Positions 1 through 7,516 of a stretch of 16,351 nt of DNA are shown in pieces (the first letter of the stretch is position 1; each line of letters opens with the position of its first letter). Location: contig JBHIAE010000060.1 in assembly GCA_046758445.1 (NCBI GenBank), forward strand, positions 1 through 16,351, written 5' to 3'. Origin of the DNA: Candidatus Thorarchaeota archaeon. GTDB taxonomy: Archaea > Asgardarchaeota > Thorarchaeia > Thorarchaeales > Thorarchaeaceae. A program made the position numbers and the translations under genes. The notes beneath the pieces were generated by a model, which was given only the letters and a program-made list of their open reading frames with translations, was not told where the DNA came from and did not search any database.

Positions 1-584
1 AGATCCTTCTTCCCTCTGTTGTACTTGAAGGCGTTAATCCCTGCACATCCAAGAGCCACGTTAACGGCACCGAGTCGCCACGGTCTCCCTTGAGTGTCTG
101 AGATAATCACCGCGAGCTGCCTTCCTGTCTTCTTCTGCAGATCATTGAGAATCTTCCGTGCACTTGAATCGGGGTTTCTTGGAAGCAGCAGGAAGCTGTC
201 AGGTGGGGCATTCGACCGGTCCACGCCGCTGAAATTACAGACAAGGCCGGTGTGTGTTTCTGTCACCAATACTCCCTTCGTTCTGAGAACCTTCCTACTT
301 TCTCGCAGAGCTAGCTCCACGTGCACAGGCTCAAATCCATTCGACTCAGCGATTTCTTGGGCCTTCTTGGACACCGTTACTTCGTCACGATGAACCACTC
401 TTCCTTCAGCCTTTGATACAACTGAGTGTGCGATAATGACTATGTCACCATTCAAAAGCTCCAGTTCCGCTTCGCCTAGAGCATCTAATATCAACTGAGA
501 TAGGTCATCGCCTGCCACTATCTTAGCAATACCTGGGACACCGAACAGATGGATTGGCTCAGTACTCAAATGCTCACGTCGCAT
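1..584 (-). CDS. cofE: Coenzyme F420-0:L-glutamate ligase, 5' part (gene continues beyond the left edge)
   Basis: Hand translation, absent from the ORF track: (MRREH)LSTEPIHLFGVPGIAKIVAGDDLSQLIL...GDIVIIAHSVVSKAEGR...NFSGVDRSNAP...LLLPRNPDSSARKI...AVIISDTQGRPWRLGAVNVALGCAG. GDDL, VSKAEGR, GVDxSN and ISDTxGRPWR are CofE motifs. Start is ATG 584 or in-frame TTG 569. Confidence 0.93.
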   Translation of the reverse strand, partial: MRREHLSTEPIHLFGVPGIAKIVAGDDLSQLILDALGEAELELLNGDIVIIAHSVVSKAEGRVVHRDEVTVSKKAQEIAESNGFEPVHVELALRESRKVLRTKGVLVTETHTGLVCNFSGVDRSNAPPDSFLLLPRNPDSSARKILNDLQKKTGRQLAVIISDTQGRPWRLGAVNVALGCAGINAFKYNRGKKD

Positions 585-617
585 CAAAACCCTTGATTGC
601 ATAGCGGAAAAGTCTAC

Positions 618-625
618 CTTATATG
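618..625. promoter_or_regulatory. Candidate TATA box in the divergent cofE/top6B intergenic region
   Basis: CTTATATG, reading CATATAAG on the minus strand about 35 nt upstream of the cofE ATG. Direction not determinable. Confidence 0.35.
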
Positions 626-823
626 GCCCTGCAACTCTTGGAAGCGCGGTTCATGGCCTAGAACGGATTCCTAAGTGCGTTTTGACAGGAAAACAATAAA
701 TGCGATGATAAGGAAATCCATGGAGTCGAGAAGTGCAAGTCTTTACCTTGTCTAAGGCTGTACAAGTGCAAGGGATGCCAAGCTTGCGAATCTGAGGAAA
801 GATACACAGACGGAGTGACAAAG

Positions 824-2869
824 TTGAGTCGAAAGAAGAAGAAATCCAAGAAGTCGAAGAAGGGCCCATCCAGTCGAAAGCGCACTGCCCCAGATCCGGC
901 TCTCACGGGAGCAGGAGACATTCGACAAGGTACGATTGCGAAGTTCATGCGCAAGAGAACTCAGCTTGTCGGCTTCGAAACCGGACTCAACAAGCATACT
1001 CAGTTCGCAATCGAGTTCCTCGACAATGCGATAGACGCTCTCGAGAGTTGGTGGTGGAAGACCAATAGACGGCCAAGATTAGACGACCAACTCGACCCGA
1101 AGTATATTGAAGAAATACGCTCAAAGATAGAGGGGACTCTTCAAGACTCGATTGCGCTTAGCAAGAAGCTCGAGAAAGACGTGAAGGAAGGCAAGGATGT
1201 TCAGATTCCTCCACGAAGAAAGGAAACTCTGGATGAACGGCTGACGACATTTCGGAAGTTCTTGATTCCGTTCAGGGGCATGATTAGCAGGCGCGAGCCA
1301 CTGTGTGTGATCCAGCTCACTGAGGTCTTCATGCCTGATCTTGTTCCTCTCGATGATGAAGAGGGCTTCAAGGTCTATGAGTTCACTTGCTTCGACAATG
1401 GAGTTGGTATGGTCCCTGATGACCTTGAGAAATATGGCATATACCTTGCATCGAGCAAGTCAGAGAAACTCAGGCAGACAAGAGGTAGTCAGGGATTTGG
1501 TGCACCTTCTGCTTTTAGTGACGCCCAGAACACTACCGGCAAACCAATACTCACTATCACGAAGAGATACACTTCTGACAAGGCAAGTGTGTCAGACTTC
1601 TATACGACGACAGCCAACACAAAGGACTACGTGGGTGGGCCGATTGAAATGGACCTTCCATTCGAGCAAGGCACCTACATTCGGCTTAACTACCTGAACA
1701 TTCAGTATAGGAGAGGTTATGCTGACACGTACTGCCAGATGGCTTCTCTTCTGAACTCACATGTCACCATAGTCTTCATTGATCCGTATGGTGCAGTTCA
1801 TATCTATCCGCGTCGTGTGAAGGAGTTCCCCGAGGAACCAAAGTACGCGCAGCCACATCCCGCCAGCATCCGAATCGGAGAGTTCCAGGACCTGCTGAGA
1901 GAAACTTCTGAGATAGATCTGAGGGGATTCCTCACCAGAGCATTCTGCAGACTAAGTTCCAAGAAGGCGAAGACAATCCTTGATAACGCGAACAAGGACT
2001 TACGCAGACGTCACCAAGACACACTCAGCCCTTCTACACCTGCTGACTCTCTCTCTAAGATGGAGATTGAGCTTCTCTACAAATCCTTCTCCAGTGAAGA
2101 CTATATTGCCCCCCCAACTGATACAGTGGTCCCAGTCGGTGAAGAGGTCTTCGAGCAGACAATTCAGATGGCCTACAATCCTGACTTCGTGACGTCTGTG
2201 ACCAGAAGACCGACATCAGGCAAGGGACTGGCTTTCTCGGTGGAAGTCTGTATCGCCTACGGAGGAGAGATAAGACCGGCTACATCTGCCCCAATGGTGC
2301 TATGGCGATTTGTGAATCGAGTGCCAAAGTTGAGAGACAACAGCGACTGTGCCACATGGAAGGCCACGACCTCGGTCAACTGGAAGAACTACAAGGTCCA
2401 GACTTTCGATAATGGGATTCCACGCGGACCAATCATGGTCTTCATCCATGTCGCTGGTGCATACGTCCATGTCATGTTCAAGGGCCAGAGCAAGCAAGCA
2501 CTCGCCGAAGATGAAGTCCTTCTACGTGAGATCAAGCTTGCACTGGAGGACGCAGGGAGAAGGTTCAGGCGCTACATTACGAGACGAGAGACTGCTCGTC
2601 GGAAGGCAAAGAGAGCTGGAATCCTGGCCATGTATGCTGATCAGTTCGCTCAGAGTCTCGCAGCCATCACCAATGATAATCGCAAGAAGCCTGCCTTTGA
2701 TCCCGAGGTGGTCGCTAGGAAGATACGGGACTCCATCACAGGGGTTGAAACTGCTGACGACCAAGAAGAGACTGAAACTGACGCTATTGGCACAGACCTG
2801 GTCGCAGACGTGCCGCTTGGAGACGGCGAGGAGGAGCTTGCTGAGGTTCCTGCGGAGGGAGGCGACTAG
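824..2869 (+). CDS. top6B: DNA topoisomerase VI subunit B (GHKL ATPase, H2TH, transducer) with a large ATPase-domain insertion, basic N-terminus and acidic C-terminal tail
   Basis: N-box EFLDNAIDA, G1 DNGVGM, ASSK, G2 TRGSQGFG, PHP, transducer RFVNRVP, WKNY (WxxY) and GQSKQAL. TTG 824 is preferred over GTG 815 because SD-like GGAGTGA lies at 812-818. Confidence 0.95.
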   Translation: MSRKKKKSKKSKKGPSSRKRTAPDPALTGAGDIRQGTIAKFMRKRTQLVGFETGLNKHTQFAIEFLDNAIDALESWWWKTNRRPRLDDQLDPKYIEEIRSKIEGTLQDSIALSKKLEKDVKEGKDVQIPPRRKETLDERLTTFRKFLIPFRGMISRREPLCVIQLTEVFMPDLVPLDDEEGFKVYEFTCFDNGVGMVPDDLEKYGIYLASSKSEKLRQTRGSQGFGAPSAFSDAQNTTGKPILTITKRYTSDKASVSDFYTTTANTKDYVGGPIEMDLPFEQGTYIRLNYLNIQYRRGYADTYCQMASLLNSHVTIVFIDPYGAVHIYPRRVKEFPEEPKYAQPHPASIRIGEFQDLLRETSEIDLRGFLTRAFCRLSSKKAKTILDNANKDLRRRHQDTLSPSTPADSLSKMEIELLYKSFSSEDYIAPPTDTVVPVGEEVFEQTIQMAYNPDFVTSVTRRPTSGKGLAFSVEVCIAYGGEIRPATSAPMVLWRFVNRVPKLRDNSDCATWKATTSVNWKNYKVQTFDNGIPRGPIMVFIHVAGAYVHVMFKGQSKQALAEDEVLLREIKLALEDAGRRFRRYITRRETARRKAKRAGILAMYADQFAQSLAAITNDNRKKPAFDPEVVARKIRDSITGVETADDQEETETDAIGTDLVADVPLGDGEEELAEVPAEGGD

Positions 2870-5001
2870 TGTCACGCAAGAAGAAATCGAGGAAAAAGGA
2901 AACCGTTCAAGCCACACTTGGCGAGCTTGTTGAAGGGAAAAGCACGGAAACCAAAAAGGAGCGTGGCAAGAAGTCCACCTCGAAGAAGATCTCTCGCCCG
3001 AAGAAGAGGAGCCCAAGACCCACAACTAGGAAGAAGACTGTCAAGGCGAAAAGAACCCCATCAGCAAAGCCAAAGAAGAAGACTCCCACTCCCGTAAAGG
3101 AAGAAACCGGTCCACCATTGAGTACACTACCCGGAATTGGCAAGAGACTCCAGCAGAGGCTGATTGCTGCAGGCTACGGTTCAGTGGATAGGATATCAAG
3201 ATCCAGAGCCAAGAGTCTCTCCAAAAAGGTAGACGGAGTTAGTCTTGCAGGTGCCAGGAAGCTTGTTGCTGCCGCGAAGGAATCCGTCAAACGTGCGGCG
3301 ATTCCTGAAACCATTGTAGAGAAGGAGTCTGTTCCTGCCGACATCATAGTCGAGGAAACGCCTGCATCACGACTCAGGTTGACCGACCTCCCCGGCGTCG
3401 GAGCGAAGCTAGCTAGAGAGCTCGAGAGGTCAGGATACAACACAGTTGCACGAATATCCCGGTCCAGACCCAGCTCAGTAGCTCGGGTTGTAGATGGACT
3501 TAGCTTGAAGAAGGCCACTGTTCTTGTGGACTCGGCTATTGATCTTGTGCATGAAGCTGAGATTCAGAGCATATCCGGAGTGACTCAACCCAGACCCAAG
3601 CCAAAGGACGTCCCCCCAAAGAAGGCCAAAGTCATACGGGTGAAACCAGAACCAAAAGAACCAACTCCCGAAGAAGTGAAGGTAGTACCTGCAAAGAAGA
3701 AAGTCAGGAAACCGAAGAAGCCTAAGAAGAAGGTAGAGAAACCTCCCCAGAAAGTTGTCAAGAAACGACCAAAACCGAAAAGGACGAAGTCCAGATTGCC
3801 TGTCCCTCCTGCCGTCGAGAAGCTTGCCAAAGATATGAAGAAGAAATGGGCTGCCGCTGAGAAACGGCAAGCAGCAATTAAAGCTGGTGAACTGCCGGAG
3901 GAAGAGATTGCACCACTCAAGGAAACTGTCGAAGTTATCGGAATGACGGCGGATGAAACCACCGCGAGTCTGGTTGAAGTCGCAATGGAGGTTCTCAATG
4001 AGGCCATGACTACCGGGAGACCCGCCTTCGAGATTCCAAGCCGTTCCGGAGACAACATCGTTTGGGATGAAATACGTGATCTTCTCTTGTTGGGGATGAA
4101 GACAGTATCGAGACCATACCATTCGCTTGCGTCAGTCGTAGATGCCACTAGGACCGCTAGAGTGATGGAGATAGTGTATCAACTTCTAAAATCAAATCTA
4201 CACGCTACGAAAAGAGAGGTGTTTTACAGTGACGTCAATCTCTTTCGTGAACAGAAGCGAAGTGACAAGATTGTTGAAGATGTCGCATCAATGCTACACA
4301 CCACGCGTGATAGTGTACACATAGTGGCATCAGCACGCGGCTCTGCTATGGGTCGTGTGGTAATCCGAGATGGTGGCGACACTATTGATCTGACAAGAAT
4401 GGGAACTGGGGGGTGGGCCATAACTCCGTTCCTTGATCAAGTCGAAATACTGGAAAGCGACGCCGAGTTCATCATTATGTCAGAAAAAGATGCGGCTGTC
4501 ATGAGACTAGCTGAGGCCAAGTACTGGAATCGTCAGCCATGCATCGTTCTGACGGGCAAAGGATCAGGAGACATCGCTACACGAGCGTTTCTTAGAATGC
4601 TTGTAAAGGAGTTGGAGATTCCCGCCTTTGCGCTCGTTGATTCTGACCCGTACGGACACTACATCTACTCAGTGTTCCTAAGAGGAAGCAAGCGATTAAG
4701 CTACGAATCACCCTTCATTGCCACTCCCGAGCTGAAACTCCTTGGAGTACTCAGTCGAGATCTGGACGAGTACGACATTCCCAAATCGGTTCGAATTCCT
4801 ATGGAACCCACAGACATCAAACGCGTGAAAGATATGCTCAAGGAGCCATTTGTGAAGGCCAATCGAGACTGGGTGAAGGACCTTCAGCTGATGTTGAAAC
4901 TCAAGGAGAAGGCGGAGATACAGGCTTTCGCCAGCCACAGCTTCGAGTATCTGACGGACGACTACCTTCCGAGGAAGCTTGAAACCGGGGACTGGATTTA
5001 G
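2869..5001 (+). CDS. top6A: DNA topoisomerase VI subunit A (Spo11 homologue) with a ~355-aa N-terminal extension (two HhH domains and two Lys/Pro-rich tracts)
   Basis: Core from about aa 360: FEIPSRSGDNI, TKREVFY (putative catalytic Tyr453 at 4225-4227), TOPRIM SEKDA, TGKGxxDxATR, DSDPYG (DxD), KAEIQA. The GTG overlaps the top6B TAG by 1 nt, with GGAGG at 2858-2862. Confidence 0.95.
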   Translation: MSRKKKSRKKETVQATLGELVEGKSTETKKERGKKSTSKKISRPKKRSPRPTTRKKTVKAKRTPSAKPKKKTPTPVKEETGPPLSTLPGIGKRLQQRLIAAGYGSVDRISRSRAKSLSKKVDGVSLAGARKLVAAAKESVKRAAIPETIVEKESVPADIIVEETPASRLRLTDLPGVGAKLARELERSGYNTVARISRSRPSSVARVVDGLSLKKATVLVDSAIDLVHEAEIQSISGVTQPRPKPKDVPPKKAKVIRVKPEPKEPTPEEVKVVPAKKKVRKPKKPKKKVEKPPQKVVKKRPKPKRTKSRLPVPPAVEKLAKDMKKKWAAAEKRQAAIKAGELPEEEIAPLKETVEVIGMTADETTASLVEVAMEVLNEAMTTGRPAFEIPSRSGDNIVWDEIRDLLLLGMKTVSRPYHSLASVVDATRTARVMEIVYQLLKSNLHATKREVFYSDVNLFREQKRSDKIVEDVASMLHTTRDSVHIVASARGSAMGRVVIRDGGDTIDLTRMGTGGWAITPFLDQVEILESDAEFIIMSEKDAAVMRLAEAKYWNRQPCIVLTGKGSGDIATRAFLRMLVKELEIPAFALVDSDPYGHYIYSVFLRGSKRLSYESPFIATPELKLLGVLSRDLDEYDIPKSVRIPMEPTDIKRVKDMLKEPFVKANRDWVKDLQLMLKLKEKAEIQAFASHSFEYLTDDYLPRKLETGDWI
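3118..3543 (+). repeat. Tandem duplicated 55-aa HhH (RadA N-terminal-like) domain within top6A
   Basis: Copy 1 at 3118-3282 (LSTLPGIGKRLQQRLIAAGYGSVDRISRSR...VDGVSL) and copy 2 at 3379-3543 (LTDLPGVGAKLARELERSGYNTVARISRSR...VDGLSL) are 26/55 identical without gaps by my count. Confidence 0.85.
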
Positions 5002-5103
5002 GGGCACATTGACTCCCAGATATCGTGTTGTCATTGGGTAAAAGGGATAAGGGATTGATGAGTGCCCTCTCTGCAGTGACACTGAACTGAAGGAGGCTCC
5101 ATA

Positions 5104-6018
5104 TTGGTCAAGTCAAAGCTTGATGGCATTGAAGTCATTGATGGACATGCACACTTCATAACATACAACACTGTCAAGGAATGGTTCTCTGATCCGGAGA
5201 GACTTAGGCAGGCTCAGGAGCGCGTAGCCTATAGAACCGACATGACTGAATTCAACATTCCTGATGAACCGTGGGACACAGGAGAGATGTGGATTCAAGA
5301 GCTAGACAAATACGGGATAACAGCCATTGGGATGATGGTTGGTCCCGAGAGTCGGGAAGAATTCCTCGAAACGCGGAAAAGATACCCCCGGAGATTCATG
5401 GGGTACGCGAATGTCAATCCTGCGGATGAGAATGCGGTCGAAGTTGTGAAGAATGCGGGAAGTGATGGATTCCAGGGAATCAAGCTTTACCCCAGCTCTT
5501 GGGACTTCCATGTATATGACAAGAGAGTGTACCCAATATACGAGGAGGCTCTCAGGCAGAATCTGCTTGTGATCCTTCATTTCGGAATCACAATTGGCAC
5601 ACAGGCCAATCTCCGCTTTGGTAACCCGTTGGATGTACAGAAGCCAGCTCAGGACTTCCCAGACTTGAACTTCATGATAGCTCACTTTGGTGCAGGATTC
5701 TTTCGCGAGATTCTGATGCTTTTCTATCAGACCAACAATGTGGTTGTGGACTCTAGTGGAAGCAACAGCTGGATGCAGTATTTACCCTATGACCTAACCA
5801 TTACAAAGATCTACGAGAAGGCGCTAAGAGCCGGAGGATCTTGCAGGATTGTGTTCGGCACTGATTCGTCCTTCTTCCCTCGCGGATTCAGATTCAATGT
5901 CCTTCAGGAGCAGTACAACGCGGTCAAATCGCTCTGTCCTCAGCTATGCTACTCTGAAGAAGACGTTGACCTGATTTTTCGAGGCAACATTCTGCGGCTG
6001 ACAGGTTTTGAGCACTAG
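5104..6018 (+). CDS. Amidohydrolase-superfamily metal-dependent hydrolase (Amidohydro_2-like), substrate unknown
   Basis: IDGHAH (DxHxH), FQGIKL, LHFG, IAHFG, IVFGTDS and C-terminal IFRGNILRL. GGAGG lies at 5092-5096 before the TTG. Confidence 0.88.
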   Translation: MVKSKLDGIEVIDGHAHFITYNTVKEWFSDPERLRQAQERVAYRTDMTEFNIPDEPWDTGEMWIQELDKYGITAIGMMVGPESREEFLETRKRYPRRFMGYANVNPADENAVEVVKNAGSDGFQGIKLYPSSWDFHVYDKRVYPIYEEALRQNLLVILHFGITIGTQANLRFGNPLDVQKPAQDFPDLNFMIAHFGAGFFREILMLFYQTNNVVVDSSGSNSWMQYLPYDLTITKIYEKALRAGGSCRIVFGTDSSFFPRGFRFNVLQEQYNAVKSLCPQLCYSEEDVDLIFRGNILRLTGFEH

Positions 6019-6021
6019 ATC

Positions 6022-6037
6022 GACCCATTTGTGGGTC
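6022..6037. terminator. Small hairpin between convergent genes
   Basis: GACCCA-TTTG-TGGGTC, a perfect 6-bp stem in the 32-nt gap between two stop codons. No U-tract. Confidence 0.35.
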
Positions 6038-6050
6038 ATGGCAACTCTGA

Positions 6051-7358
6051 CTATGCCTTCCGTATCTTCTTGTCGAGACCCTTGAGTCTCTTCTTCTCGT
6101 CGGCCTGTCGGTACTTTTCAGCTGCTTCTTGGTACTTCGACAGTGCCTCTCGAGTGTTGCCTGCCTTTGCTAGTCCGTCACCCTCCGATTCCAGAGTCTT
6201 GCCCCATTCAACGTAGCACTCTCGCACTTTTGCCGCACAACGGGCTCGCTTCTTTGCATCAGTTGAGAACATGTAGAGCTCGCGAGCTTTTCGATACTGA
6301 ACAATAGCCCACTCGTATTCGTGTGCCTTCTGATGGTTCTCACCCTGTTCAAAGTGGTTGTTTGCCATGGCATCGTATCCCAGGTCAGTTCTCTTCGTGC
6401 ACTCGTCGACCATCTTCTGATTGTCAGCTCTCTCATACAGTGTCTTTGCCTTCTCGAATGCTTCTATGGCCACTTCGTACTCCTTCTCCCTCAACTTGGC
6501 ATCTCCGTCTTCGAGTCTGGCCCTACCCATTGAATCATATACATAGTCAGGATACTCGAACTCATCACCGCTAAGAGAGACCCCACAGCTAGGACATGAC
6601 GGCGTATCAAGTTCGACCATTGGAGTAGCAACGGAAACTTTGGTCGGAGTTCCGACCACCACATCGATGAAGTCCTTAGATGTGACTCCTCTGCCTTCTG
6701 GGAAGAGGTGTGATACCGCCTCTCGAGTTTCGTCGTCTCTACCGTCTGGAAAGAGATGGTCAATCACCACATCTGTTGCAAAGTCTATCTCATCAGACAT
6801 TACCCTGGGAGGTTCGATTTCCTTGAAGGGCATGCCCACCTTTATCTCAGGTTCTTCTCCAACACCCATTTCCTCCCAGCTGAGCCCCTCTGTACGGTCC
6901 TCCAGAACGACAGCGTCTGGTGGTATCCCAGAATCAGGAACATCCATCATGGCCGCTTGATTAATGGCTCCAGAACTAGAATCCTCATTCTCAACTGGTT
7001 TGACGAGGGTTTCATCCACTTCCCACGAGAGGTCGCCCTCCGGGGGTACAGCAGTGGCTTCCTCGTTAACGGCTGGTGCTTCGGTGACTTCAGGTTCGGC
7101 GAGTTCTGGCAGCTCGGTTTCGGGCAGTGTGTCTGCAGTGTCAGCAGAAACGTCTTGCTCTGGAATGTCTTCAAGCTCTGACTCTGCCAGTAATATGCTA
7201 CTGTTGTCTTGGACTTCAGCATTTGGCGTAGCTCCAGTTTCTGCAGGTGTGTCGGGAGATTCATGTCCCGTGGCCAGTCTTGAACCACACCCCATACAGA
7301 AAGTCGATCCCCTTCTGACTTTCTTGCCACATTCCGGGCATTCCATACTCTCTTCCAT
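6051..7358 (-). CDS. Zinc-ribbon / acidic disordered linker / TPR-like helical-repeat protein
   Basis: N-terminal CPECG-x9-CMGCG, a ~200-aa E/D/P-rich linker, a lone CPSCG, and C-terminal A-x3-[FY]-x2-A-x3-Y helical repeats. Start is ATG 7358 (alternatives GTG 7370, ATG 7346). Confidence 0.85.
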   Translation of the reverse strand: MEESMECPECGKKVRRGSTFCMGCGSRLATGHESPDTPAETGATPNAEVQDNSSILLAESELEDIPEQDVSADTADTLPETELPELAEPEVTEAPAVNEEATAVPPEGDLSWEVDETLVKPVENEDSSSGAINQAAMMDVPDSGIPPDAVVLEDRTEGLSWEEMGVGEEPEIKVGMPFKEIEPPRVMSDEIDFATDVVIDHLFPDGRDDETREAVSHLFPEGRGVTSKDFIDVVVGTPTKVSVATPMVELDTPSCPSCGVSLSGDEFEYPDYVYDSMGRARLEDGDAKLREKEYEVAIEAFEKAKTLYERADNQKMVDECTKRTDLGYDAMANNHFEQGENHQKAHEYEWAIVQYRKARELYMFSTDAKKRARCAAKVRECYVEWGKTLESEGDGLAKAGNTREALSKYQEAAEKYRQADEKKRLKGLDKKIRKA

Positions 7359-7516
7359 GGTGCGAACCACTGATATGTTCTGGAAGCAGTCTGACCTTCT
7401 TCAGTTTCAACTGCCGTTGTTGAGGGGTATCTAGTCCATATGAACAATTTTCGTACAAGCATTGTTCCTAGTCGATGCTAGGCATCCCTTCTGCCTTCAG
7501 ACAACATAAGATCCAT

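Noticed and set aside
623-685. Pyrrolysine/selenocysteine readthrough from ATG 623 or 653 through TAG 659 and TGA 683 into top6B
   Set aside because: It would need two different recoding events, no supporting element is visible, and the peptide has no recognisable homology.
926-949. PIP box in Top6B (QGTIAKFM)
   Set aside because: It is explained by the conserved Top6B N-terminal strap (S[IV]AEFFxKNxxxLGF-like).
1046-1297. Top6B insertion as an intein
   Set aside because: It is very short, has no C-terminal HN followed by C/S/T, and shows no recognisable splicing blocks.
3589-3800. AAG-rich stretch as a DNA repeat array or CRISPR
   Set aside because: It reflects Lys/Pro codons and has no fixed repeat-spacer period.
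2869-5001. Calling the gene a true meiotic spo11
   Set aside because: It is coupled to a Top6B with intact ATPase motifs, as expected for a working Topo VI. Homology alone does not show programmed break formation.
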